A stretch of DNA of 64,000 nucleotides from Candidatus Dadabacteria bacterium (GCA_022564935.1 JADFKM010000001.1:464-64463); one strand, 5' to 3'. Shown: positions 40,199 through 50,593, numbered from the stretch's first letter. Notes: generated from the sequence alone by a model not told the origin. Translations and numbers: made by a program.

Positions 40199-40966
40199 TT
40201 GATTCTTGCCCTTGATATAGGGAACACCAACATAGCTTTCGGGCTGTGCAGGGACGGCGAGATACTGAGCCAATGGCGTATAGGCACGGACAAGACCCGT
40301 ACCTCCGACGAGTACGGCATACTTTTGCGGAGCCTTATCGAGACAAGGGACATAGGCGCCGACACCGTTACCGGAGCCATCATCTCCTGTGTCGTACCAC
40401 CGCTCCTTGGGCCTCTCACCGACACCGTCAGGGACCATTTCAATGTCAGTCCCATAATCGTAGGCCCCGGCGTGAAGACGGGGATGCCCATTCTGTACAG
40501 CAACCCCAAAGAGGTTGGGGCCGACAGGATCGTGAACGGCGTTGCTGCATACAACAAGTACAAAAAGGCCGTCGTCGTGGTGGATTTTGGCACCGCCACA
40601 ACCTTCGACTGCATATCTCAGAGCGGAGAGTACATCGGCGGGGTAATCGCCCCGGGGCTCCAGATTTCCTCGGAGGCCCTGTTTAACGCCGCTTCGAAGC
40701 TGCCAAAGGTGGAAATCGTAAGGCCGAGGACTGTTGTAGGGAAAACGACTGTGGAGAGCATGCAGTCGGGGCTTGTGTACGGTTACGCTGGTCTGGTGGA
40801 CGGCATCGTCGAACGGATACGCAGGGAGATGGACGTAAAGGTAAGGGTGGTGGCCACAGGCGGCCTTTCTGCGCTCATCGCAAAGGAGAGCAAGACCATC
40901 GAAGAGGTGGACGACTTACTTACGCTTAAGGGGTTGATGCTGATCTATGAGTGGAACCGGCCCTGA
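40199..40966 (+). CDS. coaX: Type III pantothenate kinase
   Basis: LDIGNTN, VGADRI, VDFGTATTFD, ATGG. Confidence 0.96.
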   Translation: MILALDIGNTNIAFGLCRDGEILSQWRIGTDKTRTSDEYGILLRSLIETRDIGADTVTGAIISCVVPPLLGPLTDTVRDHFNVSPIIVGPGVKTGMPILYSNPKEVGADRIVNGVAAYNKYKKAVVVVDFGTATTFDCISQSGEYIGGVIAPGLQISSEALFNAASKLPKVEIVRPRTVVGKTTVESMQSGLVYGYAGLVDGIVERIRREMDVKVRVVATGGLSALIAKESKTIEEVDDLLTLKGLMLIYEWNRP

Positions 40967-41354
40967 GCTCCTTTTGTTGAAGCACGAGACCGATAACCCC
41001 CACTACGACCTGCTGCTGAGCGCCGGGGGGGTATCGGGCCGCTGGATCCTTAGGGGCTTGCCCAATGAGGACGGGGGTGCCGGAAGGGGTAGCAGAGGGG
41101 GCAAGGAGAGGCTCGCCCTCGAGGACGATTCGGGGGCGGCGGCCGCACCGAGCGGAGAAGTGGAGGATTTGTGGGGAAAAGGGCCAGTTGAAATAGTCGA
41201 AAGCTGTATGATGGAGATAGTTCACAGGGGGAAAAGGAAGATCGTTTTTCGTGTCGAGGGACGGGCGCTTAAGGGGGAGTACTGCCTTCTCCTTCGCAAA
41301 TGGGGCCTCCACACGAAGCGCAGGCTGTGGGTGTTCTTCAAGCTCGGGGATTAG
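40947..41354 (+). CDS. Stand-alone, degenerate LigD 3'-phosphoesterase-like domain
   Basis: KH...HYDLLL..GGV..W, RLALED, LKGEY.L pattern. Confidence 0.6.
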   Translation: MSGTGPELLLLKHETDNPHYDLLLSAGGVSGRWILRGLPNEDGGAGRGSRGGKERLALEDDSGAAAAPSGEVEDLWGKGPVEIVESCMMEIVHRGKRKIVFRVEGRALKGEYCLLLRKWGLHTKRRLWVFFKLGD

Positions 41355-41529
41355 GCTGGGGAGTGAGGGGGGCGCGCTAGTTTATATAGCTGGGTGTTTG
41401 ATCAATAAGATTTGCGCCTATACCCTACCCGCTCGTTCTTTCACGCTTCCAATCTCAGAGTAACATGTGCAGGAATCCCTGGTTGCGCAAAAACCTCACA
41501 TTCAGTACAATGGGAGCCGGAGGTGTGGC

Positions 41530-42117
41530 ATGAGAAAGTTCATGGGGATGTTGCTTTTGTGCGGCTTCATTGCGTTCGGCGCCATTGGCGGATGTCTGGA
41601 CAGCATCGATGAATTTGACCTGTTCGTGTCGTGTCAGAGTCCGCCGCTCAACTCCGATTTCAGCGACAGGGTCGTGATATTTATCGACCCCTTCACCTTG
41701 AGGACGGCAGGGGTTACCTCCTTCGGAGATGTCGTTCAGATCTTTTTCGCCGACGACCCCAATTCGCAGTTCGACGTGAGCCTGGGGGCCGAGCCGTTAT
41801 CGGGCACACTGTGCGAGATTGCCGCGGGGGCCTTCGATACGGACATGGACGGCGATTTCCTCGACGAGGTGATACTCGACGCCACGGGAGATTGCGGACT
41901 TACGGGGGGGCGCACATCTTTCTTTATTGAAAACCTGGAGCTTGCGGGGTTTCCTGAAAGCAGTTTCGACGGCGACTGCTCCGATATAATTTTTCTGGCA
42001 TCGGCCGCGGGCTCCGGCGAGAATATGTCCGCATTTGCACGACTTGAGCTAATCAGAAGTGTTACGCTGGATGCGCAGAGGAAATTCAGGGGTAGCGTAG
42101 TAGCCGGGGTTGATTAA
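41530..42117 (+). CDS. Hypothetical acidic secreted protein/lipoprotein
   Basis: MRKF+hydrophobic+IGGC leader, GGAGG RBS. Confidence 0.6.
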   Translation: MRKFMGMLLLCGFIAFGAIGGCLDSIDEFDLFVSCQSPPLNSDFSDRVVIFIDPFTLRTAGVTSFGDVVQIFFADDPNSQFDVSLGAEPLSGTLCEIAAGAFDTDMDGDFLDEVILDATGDCGLTGGRTSFFIENLELAGFPESSFDGDCSDIIFLASAAGSGENMSAFARLELIRSVTLDAQRKFRGSVVAGVD

Positions 42118-42274
42118 ACATTTCCCGCAAGGTCACGAGCAGTCGTGTGAGGCGCTCGGACACTTTAAGGAGGCGGTGAGCTTTCTCCTAAGAACAAAGC
42201 CCTTACATTCCAGATCGGTTGTTGTAGGATTTTAAAGGATGGGGGGCAATGAACCCGTTGGGGAGGTATGGGAA

Positions 42275-42694
42275 ATGGGGATATTTACGGGTTTTTGGGA
42301 GAAGCAGAAAAACCCGTGGAGCTGGCTTCACAGGTCTTTATGGGCGGTGGTGTTTTACGTGGCAGTCTGGCAGCACGACCCTGTTTTTATAGTCGTGTCG
42401 CTGATAGGCACCACCATTACGGTGCTGTTCTTCCCTGAGCACAAGAGCCCACCGGCTTATGCGGTGAGGCTTGTCTCCGCGGCCCAAAGGTTGATGAGCG
42501 CGCCCTGGGAAACCGCCAAATATGCGTACATGGGTTTCATGTCTGCGCTGTTCATCGCTGTTTTGTGGGCGCTTTGGACGCATAGGCCGTGGCTCTCGGT
42601 AGGGCTTATAGCGCTTGGTGTTGTGGTAAAGCTCTCGGTGCTCTACGCGCTTTCACGAGGGGAGTCTGAGACGCAGATTTCCGGGCAGCCTTAG
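42275..42694 (+). CDS. Small membrane protein (NPWSW motif, DUF6653-like)
   Basis: About four hydrophobic segments, KNPWSW, FFPE. Confidence 0.6.
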   Translation: MGIFTGFWEKQKNPWSWLHRSLWAVVFYVAVWQHDPVFIVVSLIGTTITVLFFPEHKSPPAYAVRLVSAAQRLMSAPWETAKYAYMGFMSALFIAVLWALWTHRPWLSVGLIALGVVVKLSVLYALSRGESETQISGQP

Positions 42695-42720
42695 GGCTCT
42701 AAGCAAAGTGTCTCACTCAC

Positions 42721-42883
42721 CTACCCCCCGATTGCCGACATAGAGCGGGAAGGCCTCCTAAAACCCGGGCTGTTTATCATGTGACCCGCCCACTTAGCGC
42801 CCGCCGCGCGTGTTGCACCTGTCGGTGATAGAGACCCTGAGCTTCTTTACCGTCCTGCCGAACCTGTCTATGAGCCTGCAGAT
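42721..42883 (-). pseudogene. moaA: GTP 3',8-cyclase remnant (internal deletion)
   Basis: N-terminal LIDRFGRTVKKLRVSITDRCN joined out of frame to the C-terminal KWAGHMINSPGFRRPSRSMSAIGG*. Confidence 0.88.
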
Positions 42884-42976
42884 GATAAAGAGTCGCTATT
42901 CCTTAAGATACCCAAGTTGATGCGGCGCGCAAATACGCTTTACAACCCAATCAAGAGTATCTACCATAATAGAGTG

Positions 42977-43894
42977 ATGACTAGCACTTCCCGAAAGCCG
43001 CGCTGGATTAAGGGGCGCGTGCCCGCCGGGCCGACGTACAACAGGCTCAGGCGCCTCATGCGCGAGGGGGGGCTTCACACCGTGTGCGAGGAGGCTCAAT
43101 GCCCCAACCTGGGGGAGTGCTGGGCCGCGGGAACGCTCACCATAATGATACTTGGGGATACCTGCACGCGGAGCTGCGGCTTCTGCGCCGTGAAGACCGG
43201 AAGCGGAGGGGAGATAGATTGGGACGAGCCGCGCAGGGTTGCCGATGCCGTAGCGGAGCTAAAAGCCCAAGACCCGCGTCTCTGCTATGTGGTAATTACC
43301 TCGGTCAACCGTGACGACAGGAATATGGAGAGCGCGCAGGTGTTCGCCGAGACCATAGCGAGAGTGAGGGATGGCGTGTCCGGCGTTAAGGTCGAGGTGC
43401 TCATACCCGATTTTAAAGGGGAAGAAGAGGCGCTCGGCGTTGTACTCCGCGCAAGGCCGGACGTGCTAAACCACAACATCGAGACGGTGCCCAGGCTGTA
43501 CGGGCTGAAGCAGATGACGGAAGCGGGCAGGATTCGTGCCGTGAGACCGCAGGCAAACTACGGGTGGTCGCTCACGGCGCTGAGGCGCTCGAAGGAGTAC
43601 GGCCTGCCGGGGATGCTCACCAAGTCGGGCCTCATGGTCGGCCTTGGCGAGGAGCTCGATGAGGTGCTCGAAACGCTCACGCACCTTCATGCCGCGGGGT
43701 GCGACATAGTCACCGTCGGTCAGTACCTGCGCCCGACTGTAGCGCACCTCCCCGTTACTAGGTACTACCACCCCCTTGAGTTCGACGCAATCAAGAGCTA
43801 CGGTGAGGGCGTAATCGGTATCCCGCACGTGGAAGCCGGCCCGATGGTGCGGAGCTCCTACCACGCCGAGCGGCAGGTCGAAAGGCTGGGATAG
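42977..43894 (+). CDS. lipA: Lipoyl synthase
   Basis: TVCEEAQCPNLGECW, CTRSCGFC, NHNIETV, GQYLRP, VRSSYHA. Confidence 0.96.
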   Translation: MTSTSRKPRWIKGRVPAGPTYNRLRRLMREGGLHTVCEEAQCPNLGECWAAGTLTIMILGDTCTRSCGFCAVKTGSGGEIDWDEPRRVADAVAELKAQDPRLCYVVITSVNRDDRNMESAQVFAETIARVRDGVSGVKVEVLIPDFKGEEEALGVVLRARPDVLNHNIETVPRLYGLKQMTEAGRIRAVRPQANYGWSLTALRRSKEYGLPGMLTKSGLMVGLGEELDEVLETLTHLHAAGCDIVTVGQYLRPTVAHLPVTRYYHPLEFDAIKSYGEGVIGIPHVEAGPMVRSSYHAERQVERLG

Positions 43895-43929
43895 CGGTAA
43901 ATCGTCGTAAAAACGAGGGGGGCGGTGCA

Positions 43930-44406
43930 ATGGTGAAATCCTTCATGCGCGTTGTTTACGACATAGCCTCATCCCGGCCGGTGACCTGGCTCTATCTCAA
44001 CGTTTTTCCCCATATAGACCGCCCGCTTCTGCGCGCCACCGGGGGGCGTCTCAGCGTCTCGGTAGGCTATCCCATACTGCTGCTTGAGACGCGGGGTGCG
44101 AAGACGAGCCGCGTGCGCACCACCCCCCTTTTCTATGTGGCCGACGGGGACGATGTAGTGATCATTGCCTCAAACGGAGGCGGCCCAAGTCACCCGGCGT
44201 GGTACCGCAACCTGCTCGCGCACCCCCGGGCGACGCTCACTCTTCGGGGCGGGACGGCGAAGTACACGGCGCGGGAGGCCGAGGGGGAGGAGCGCGGGGC
44301 GTTGTGGAGAAAGGCCGTGAGCGCTTATCCGGGGTATGCGAAGTACAGGGTGCGCGCCGGAAGCCGCGCCATACCCGTTATGGTACTGAGTCCTGTGGAT
44401 TCGTAG
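43930..44406 (+). CDS. Deazaflavin (F420)-dependent nitroreductase family protein
   Basis: LLETRGAKT..R.TPL, ASNGG..HPAWYRNL..P, R.IPV. Confidence 0.9.
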   Translation: MVKSFMRVVYDIASSRPVTWLYLNVFPHIDRPLLRATGGRLSVSVGYPILLLETRGAKTSRVRTTPLFYVADGDDVVIIASNGGGPSHPAWYRNLLAHPRATLTLRGGTAKYTAREAEGEERGALWRKAVSAYPGYAKYRVRAGSRAIPVMVLSPVDS

Positions 44407-44495
44407 CGGATATGCATAGCCAAATGCACCCATAGGTTTTTGGGTAGTCCTGGGTAGTCCATGGGGTTTGAGCCACTCCCGGATTAACACGAGGG

Positions 44496-44714
44496 TTACC
44501 TCGGCCTCGCTGCAAACACAAGAAACGCCCCGGCAAGCGTTATGGTGAGGAGCCACATGAACCAGAGCACGAGGTCTGTGGGGTAGAACTTGCCGCCTAT
44601 GCTTACCGCCTCTCCCACCGCTCCCACAACTGGTATGTTGCGGTGGAAATACACGCCGAGGGAGATCATCGCCACGGCGGCCAGCGCGCTTAACGCTCTT
44701 TGTATCCAGATCAT
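44496..44714 (-). CDS. Small two-TM hypothetical protein
   Basis: 72-aa ORF with two hydrophobic segments. Confidence 0.5.
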   Translation of the reverse strand: MIWIQRALSALAAVAMISLGVYFHRNIPVVGAVGEAVSIGGKFYPTDLVLWFMWLLTITLAGAFLVFAARPR

Positions 44715-44731
44715 AATTTACGTACAGGGGC

Positions 44732-44760
44732 AAAAAGGGCGGCATCATTAAGGCCGCCCC
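44732..44760 (-). terminator. Intrinsic terminator downstream of the DUF1326 gene
   Basis: GGGCGGC...GCCGCCC stem followed by TTTTT on the minus strand. Confidence 0.7.
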
Positions 44761-44804
44761 TTTGCATTTACTTTGAGTCGCTATACGTACCCCGGGGTCG
44801 TGAA

Positions 44805-45491
44805 TCAGGCTCCGCCGCCGGAAAGCTCGAAAGAGCCTATCTCGCCGCTTCCAATGTTTACTTCGTCAAGCTTCATGTCTTTGCCGTGGTCGCTGAACGT
44901 GCCCACTGCGGTGCCGAGCGAAAGCATCTTTACAGGGAACGGGTAGACGGGATTGGCAAGCGTAATGGGCGTGTTCGGGTCGTTCCCTATTGCGGGCTGG
45001 ACGTCAAACTTTCCGAGCTTTCCCATATCGAGGGTGTGCTTACCGACGGGGCTATCGGGCACATTTATATTCACTTTCCCAATGGATATGCCGAGCTGCT
45101 CGCCGAGCATGGAGAAAGGAGGCCCAGAGAGTATTGCCCTCAGGGCATTGCGCTGTGCCTTGCTGCTGCTCTTATCTATGTAGTAAGCGGTGTAGATCCA
45201 CTTCTGGTTTTCCCTCGAGCCTGTGAATTCGCCCAGCATGCCCCAGGTAACCTCGTCAAGAGAGACGTCTCCATACTTACCTTCGGTAATGTGAAAGCCG
45301 CCCACGAACCTGCAATGGTCGTGGTGCGGGTCGAGTCCGAACAGACACGGGCAGTTGACCCCGCACGTATCGGTTATGACCATCTGCAGCTTCATGCTCC
45401 AGGCGGGCATTGCGGGAGCCTCCTGCGCAAAGGCCGTGGAGACCGGCAGCATGACGGCTACCGTTAAACAAAACGCCAATAACTTCTTCAT
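44805..45491 (-). CDS. Secreted DUF1326 family protein
   Basis: Signal peptide, C...CPC...P...C, HITEGKYGDVSLD, YID...QRNAL. Confidence 0.8.
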   Translation of the reverse strand: MKKLLAFCLTVAVMLPVSTAFAQEAPAMPAWSMKLQMVITDTCGVNCPCLFGLDPHHDHCRFVGGFHITEGKYGDVSLDEVTWGMLGEFTGSRENQKWIYTAYYIDKSSSKAQRNALRAILSGPPFSMLGEQLGISIGKVNINVPDSPVGKHTLDMGKLGKFDVQPAIGNDPNTPITLANPVYPFPVKMLSLGTAVGTFSDHGKDMKLDEVNIGSGEIGSFELSGGGA

Positions 45492-45778
45492 GTTATAACC
45501 CCTCCTTTTTTATAGGTTTTAAATTTGTTGATCCCAAGCTTAACTGAGATTCATTTCAGTAGCCTAAATATCATATTATTCACACTATGGGGTATTAATC
45601 AATGGAAAAATTAATTTGTTATGTGATTATTCGGTTATTTATATGAACTTTATGAGAGCGAACAGGCTTTAACGCGGTTCAGTTTCACCATAAGGCCCGG
45701 TTTTTGCAAGGTATATTCTATGAAATTGTCAAGGAACCGTAAACACGGTAGAATTAATATGCTCGGAGGAGTGCATAT

Positions 45779-46006
45779 ATGAAGAAGAGCCACAAATTTG
45801 ACCTTGTTTACGACGTTAGAGTGCTTGAGAAGTGCGTTCGCGAGGGTGTCATCAGCAAAAAGGATTACGGCAAATTCTTAAAATCCCTTGAGGACGTGGA
45901 AGACAAAGGGGAGCCTCTTGTGTTAGAAGACGAAACGGAGGGAGAAGAGGATCTCGAAGCCGCCGCCGAGGGTGAGAGCGCCGAAGAAGAGGAAAAAGAG
46001 GAATGA
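45779..46006 (+). CDS. Small hypothetical protein with acidic tail
   Basis: GGAG RBS, YDVRVLEK..REGVISKKDY..FLKSLED. Confidence 0.65.
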   Translation: MKKSHKFDLVYDVRVLEKCVREGVISKKDYGKFLKSLEDVEDKGEPLVLEDETEGEEDLEAAAEGESAEEEEKEE

Positions 46007-46221
46007 AGTGGATATACAAAGTTGTTCCGGTTGATGACCTATTGTCCGAAGACGACCATGACATTGCCGTTTCGAAAAAAGCCGCTGCCTCCAGGCGTGA
46101 GCGTATCGGCAAGGGTGTGGAAGAAAACCTAAATAATCTCGGCTCGGAGGGGTGGGAATTTGTGCACGTTATAGGAGACCTGGGTGTGTTCAAGAGGCAA
46201 AACGGAAAAGAGGCCTCCTAA
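46003..46221 (+). CDS. DUF4177-like small protein
   Basis: KWIYKVV...LNNLGSEGWEFV...FKR, with an ATGA overlap. Confidence 0.7.
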   Translation: MKWIYKVVPVDDLLSEDDHDIAVSKKAAASRRERIGKGVEENLNNLGSEGWEFVHVIGDLGVFKRQNGKEAS

Positions 46222-46305
46222 GGAATCCTCTGAGGTCTAGAGTTAGAACCGTTCCACCTCCCACTCGTCGAGCCTGAGTTTGCAGTTAGGGTTTGATTGA
46301 CGGGT

Positions 46306-47367
46306 ATGAATTCAGCTCCGCTCGGCTCAAAGCTTTTATTCCTGCTGTGTTTTTTCTGCATTGCACTGCCGCCCGTTTACGCCTTTTCGCTGACGATGGA
46401 AGGACATGGGGTGTCGTCTCTACAAGATAGCAATGCGCTACGGGCAAGGGAGGATGCCCTGGGCTTTGCGTTGAGCTCGGTCGTCACACAAGCGGCCGAG
46501 ATGCTTTCCCCCGGCATCGACCCCATCTTTGCTAAAAGACTTGGCAGCGGGGACGTTAGATCTTACATCAAGAGCTACAGGATTCAGCACGAATATAATT
46601 CCGGCACCGAGTACAAGGTCTGGGTCGAGGCCGATGTAGACACCCTCAAGCTGGGGAGCCGTATACGCGGGGTTTTGACCAGACCATCATATAAGACGGG
46701 CAAGCCCACCGTTTCAATAACTGTTTTCAACGATGCGGCGGTTTCCAAGAGTTTTTCCAGGGCTCAGATAAAAAGGGAGATAGCCGTTACGTTAATCGGC
46801 AACGGTTATACGGTCCTGCGCGGCGGCGGCCAGATCCAGCTTATAGCGCATGTCGGCGTCAAAAAGCAAATGAGCAGGGTCGGAGGGAGTGAAGAGCTCC
46901 ACCATACCCTGAGCACCGTGCTGATAAAGGCCGTCGGCGCTAACGGGCAAGATTTAACGCAGGTGAGTGAAAGCGCCTATCTGGTTGGAAAGGATGCGCG
47001 TGACATCACATCCGCCTCCCTCAGGAAAGCCGCCAAGGGAGCTGCCGGGAAGCTCCTCAAAGAGCTTGAGGTCTTGGTGCTGCGCGCCGGTAGCGGGAAG
47101 GGGGGTTTCGAGCTCGCCTTTTGGGGGGTCATGAGCTACAGGCACTACCGGCAGCTCGATTCGATTCTTTCTAAATCGCTCCTGGGAGTAGACGCCGTTG
47201 AGAAGAGGGTATTCAAAAACAGCAGGGTGTCTTTCATCGTAGCGCTGAGCGTAGAGCCGGAGGAGTTCGCAAGGGTACTTACGGGCCTCAATATGATTGA
47301 TTTTTCCCTCATACTGGAAGGCATTCACAAGAACAGGATCGATTTCACCCTTATTCCCAAAAGGTAG
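46306..47367 (+). CDS. Secreted hypothetical protein (FlgT-N-like start)
   Basis: Signal peptide, AREDAL..AL, YIKSYRI, VEADVD. Confidence 0.6.
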   Translation: MNSAPLGSKLLFLLCFFCIALPPVYAFSLTMEGHGVSSLQDSNALRAREDALGFALSSVVTQAAEMLSPGIDPIFAKRLGSGDVRSYIKSYRIQHEYNSGTEYKVWVEADVDTLKLGSRIRGVLTRPSYKTGKPTVSITVFNDAAVSKSFSRAQIKREIAVTLIGNGYTVLRGGGQIQLIAHVGVKKQMSRVGGSEELHHTLSTVLIKAVGANGQDLTQVSESAYLVGKDARDITSASLRKAAKGAAGKLLKELEVLVLRAGSGKGGFELAFWGVMSYRHYRQLDSILSKSLLGVDAVEKRVFKNSRVSFIVALSVEPEEFARVLTGLNMIDFSLILEGIHKNRIDFTLIPKR

Positions 47368-48075
47368 CGGTGGTTGTGTTGAGGGGGCGTGCCCTTTGCC
47401 CTGATTTTGATGCTTGTGGGGTGATTAATCTACTTCGCCGCGTCCATGCTGCTCATTGAATAGGCCGTCCTTTCCCCTTAGGAAATGCCGCAGCGCTCTT
47501 CGGTGTGGAACAGATTTTCGAGTTCGTCCTCGAATCCCTCACGGGTTTAGTCCGGGAAGTTGTTCTCTCGCCTAAAGAGCATAAGCTTCATTTTAGAGTC
47601 TGTCTTGGGAATAAATCCGGTCATGAGCTATTTGACCTCAGAGGACGGGCAAGCCTTTTTCCCATGCCAGCTCAGGATGTAGTCGAGGGTGTTTCCGAAG
47701 GGCCTTTTTGTCCCTGAAGCCGCTTCCAGCTCGGCGGTCAACTCCTTAAGCCTTTCGGCCGAAGCGATTAACAAGCTCAAATCGCACCTTAAGCATCCGC
47801 CCAGAGTAGAGTGGCGAGAATCTGCGTCAATATGTAGTCGGCCTCTTTTGATTTCTCCATTGCCTTGCCGCAGGCCTTCATTTCAGTATGTGAGCAGTTC
47901 TGCAGATAGTATTCCGCCGTGTTTAAGCGTGTATTGAAAAGCACCCGATACAGATGTATTGCACACAGTAAGTGGCGAAGTATTGTAGGAGCCCGGTTTC
48001 AGGGGCTGCTTCGTTATGGAGCCGCTCTTTGCTCAAATATATCAAATCACACTCGCAGCTTATTGTAAAGGAGGA

Positions 48076-48113
48076 AAAAAAGTAGGGGGAAGAGCCCTCG
48101 GGAAAGCCCTCCC
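48076..48113 (-). terminator. Intrinsic terminator-like hairpin
   Basis: Minus strand GGGGAGGGCTTTC-CC-GAGGGCTCTTCCCC followed by a T run. Confidence 0.5.
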
Positions 48114-48509
48114 CACTGGGGGGTCATCGACAAACGACTTGTTGAGTCAATCGGAGGGATTCTCTCCTCTCATAGTTCTATTCCTATTCTCCGCACTCGA
48201 TTTCAACCTGTGCGTTTCCTTGTATCTCAAAGTCTTCTATTGAGCAGGAGGCTCCAGAGACTTCCACTTCGGCGTTGCCCATGACTCTTATGTCCCGTTC
48301 TTCACCATCGATGCTGACACTGTCGCTTTCTGCCTGTGGAGTCGGTGAAAGTGCTGCTTTGAACCCCTATGAGTTTCGGCTCGATGTCGAGGCTCAGGGG
48401 GAAGCCCAGTATGAACACCCTCTTTATTAAATATAAGGGTAGCCGGCCGTTGTTATCAACCGTTAAATACCGGTCTTCTTATACTGAAGGGTTTATTCTT
48501 CACGGCCCC

Positions 48510-49052
48510 TCACTCTTCGATAAAAAGTGAAACGACACAGGCCGTAAGTGCGAGGGCGGCCATAATGGAAAAAATGGCGTTAAAGCCGAATTTCATCGCC
48601 AGCAGTCCGCCCAGCGCTGCCGCAATGCCTTCGAATATAGACCTGTAGCCGAAGAAGTCTGAATATATCTTCCTTTCCATCCCCTTCTTGAGCGAGGTGG
48701 CGATTACCGCGCTCCAGGACGGGGTGATTATGACCTCTCCGAAGGCAAGCAGGGCTTGGATGCCGAATACGTGAAACGGGCTCGAGGCCATTAGGTAGAG
48801 CAGGTAGCAAATGAAGAAGACAAAATACCCCGATGATATCATAAACCTCTTTGAGAGGATGCGCTCCCTTAAGTTGCTGAGCAGAAAATACAGTACCCCC
48901 CTGAGGACTGCGTAGATGCCTATGGCGGTGCCAGCGTCTAATAGCGAGCCTCCTATGTCTTTTATAAAGATCGCATAAATTGGGGCAAACAGGTTTACGC
49001 CCGAGTGTAAGAGGATCGAGGAGCCCAGTAGTATCTTGATGTTCCTGCTCAT
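48510..49052 (-). CDS. Half-size (about 6 TM) MFS-type transporter
   Basis: 180 aa, LFAPIYAIF, motif-A-like LSNLRERILSKR, GGLL...FGF. Confidence 0.75.
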   Translation of the reverse strand: MSRNIKILLGSSILLHSGVNLFAPIYAIFIKDIGGSLLDAGTAIGIYAVLRGVLYFLLSNLRERILSKRFMISSGYFVFFICYLLYLMASSPFHVFGIQALLAFGEVIITPSWSAVIATSLKKGMERKIYSDFFGYRSIFEGIAAALGGLLAMKFGFNAIFSIMAALALTACVVSLFIEE

Positions 49053-49216
49053 CTAAATGAGCCTTGAAGTGTAACATAAATCAAGCTCGCAGCCGGTGGA
49101 TGTGAGAATGGCATGGCGGGGCTCTCCTTACGGGTATGATGTCATCCGCCGTTTAGGGGCATTGCCCTGAGGGGTACTTGCGCATAGCGCCCGCGGTAAA
49201 TATAATTGTTTATTGT

Positions 49217-49690
49217 ATGAAGAACATATTACTCGCCGTGGCAGTAGTCCTGATCTTGAGCTTCCTTCCAGGATGCGGCGACGAATTTGAAGATCCGGAG
49301 AGGAACTACATTATAAATCTCAAGGTCCTGGTCAGGGCCATTGAAGGAACCTTTAACGAGCTCGATAAATCAATAGACAACATTTCATCGATGCCGAAAG
49401 CTGAGTGCAAGTCGGAGTTCGGGGCCTTTGAAAGGGATTTTAAAAGGCTTACCGGCGTGTCCAGCCGCATTGTATCGAAAGCCGAGGAATCGAAGACGAT
49501 ACGAACCCACATCGACGGCGCGCTCAGGTACTCGCTCGCAGCAAGCACTAGGGCAAGGGCTGCCTGCGACGGGTTGGCTTCTATCGGATTCGGGAGTTCT
49601 CGCCCGCTCGACGAGGCCGGGGAGAATATCGAGAAGGCGCGCGCCGAGCTTGAGTCGGTGGTAACCACCGTTGAAAAACTGAAGCTGTGA
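49217..49690 (+). CDS. Hypothetical lipoprotein
   Basis: MKNILLAVAVVLILSFLPGC lipobox with a helical body. Confidence 0.65.
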   Translation: MKNILLAVAVVLILSFLPGCGDEFEDPERNYIINLKVLVRAIEGTFNELDKSIDNISSMPKAECKSEFGAFERDFKRLTGVSSRIVSKAEESKTIRTHIDGALRYSLAASTRARAACDGLASIGFGSSRPLDEAGENIEKARAELESVVTTVEKLKL

Positions 49691-50173
49691 GTTCCCCTCA
49701 TCATGAGGGGTCATTAACGCTCACCAATACTGCGAATTACCCCTCCGGTTTTCTTTCAGCTCACTTGTTTGCTGCTTGCGCGTCCCCCGCTCGCCTTATG
49801 ATTGGGGGAGGTCGGGTTGGATTTTTTTTTGCCGAATTAAACTTCAATTTTCCGGTTTCCATAGTAGACTTCTACGTAACGAAACGGGGTGTTGAATGGG
49901 CGAATCTGCGTTTATGAAAAAATACCTCCTGATTGCGCTTTCACTCGCCCTGTATATGTGCCCATCGGGGTTTTGCCTTGCGGCGCAGAGCAAAGGTGAC
50001 CCGGTCCGGAGCGGCGGCTGCAAGTAGAGGCCCCCCGAGAAGCTCATCCCGGCTCTGGGGTTTCAGCTCGGCATGTGCCGGGGGGAAGTCAACAAACACC
50101 TAAAAAAGCTTGATGACGAGCACCCCTTTGATTTGTCTTTGTAACGGCGACAAAACCCGATATAATCAACCCT

Positions 50174-50404
50174 ATGGAGCCTGAAGACATCAAGCGTATG
50201 ATCGAGGACGCCTTCCCGCAGGATACCGTCGAGGTCGAGGGTGACGGGCAGCACTTCCAGGCCCTTGTAGTTTCCTCACAGTTCGAAGGCAAGGGGCTGC
50301 TTGAGCGCCACAAGATGGTGTATGCTGCGCTTGGTGAGAACATGGCCGAGCGCATCCACGCACTCTCACTCAAGACCCTTACTCCCGAGCAGTGGGAAGG
50401 ATGA
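50174..50404 (+). CDS. BolA/IbaG family protein
   Basis: GDGQHF..VVS..FEG..L.RH..VY..L...IHAL. Confidence 0.93.
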   Translation: MEPEDIKRMIEDAFPQDTVEVEGDGQHFQALVVSSQFEGKGLLERHKMVYAALGENMAERIHALSLKTLTPEQWEG

Positions 50405-50593
50405 AGCAGGCTGTGCCGTCTAAGCGGGCCTGCTCCATGCTCGAAACATTCCCTTAGCGGCGGCCGCCTCCGCAGCAGCCGCTTTTTATACACCCGCCTA
50501 AATGTTCGTCATTAAAAAGCAGATTGCGATTTGGGTCTAAGCGTTGTAATATACTTAGGTAAGCGAAATATATTAGTCTAAGGGGGAACCGTC

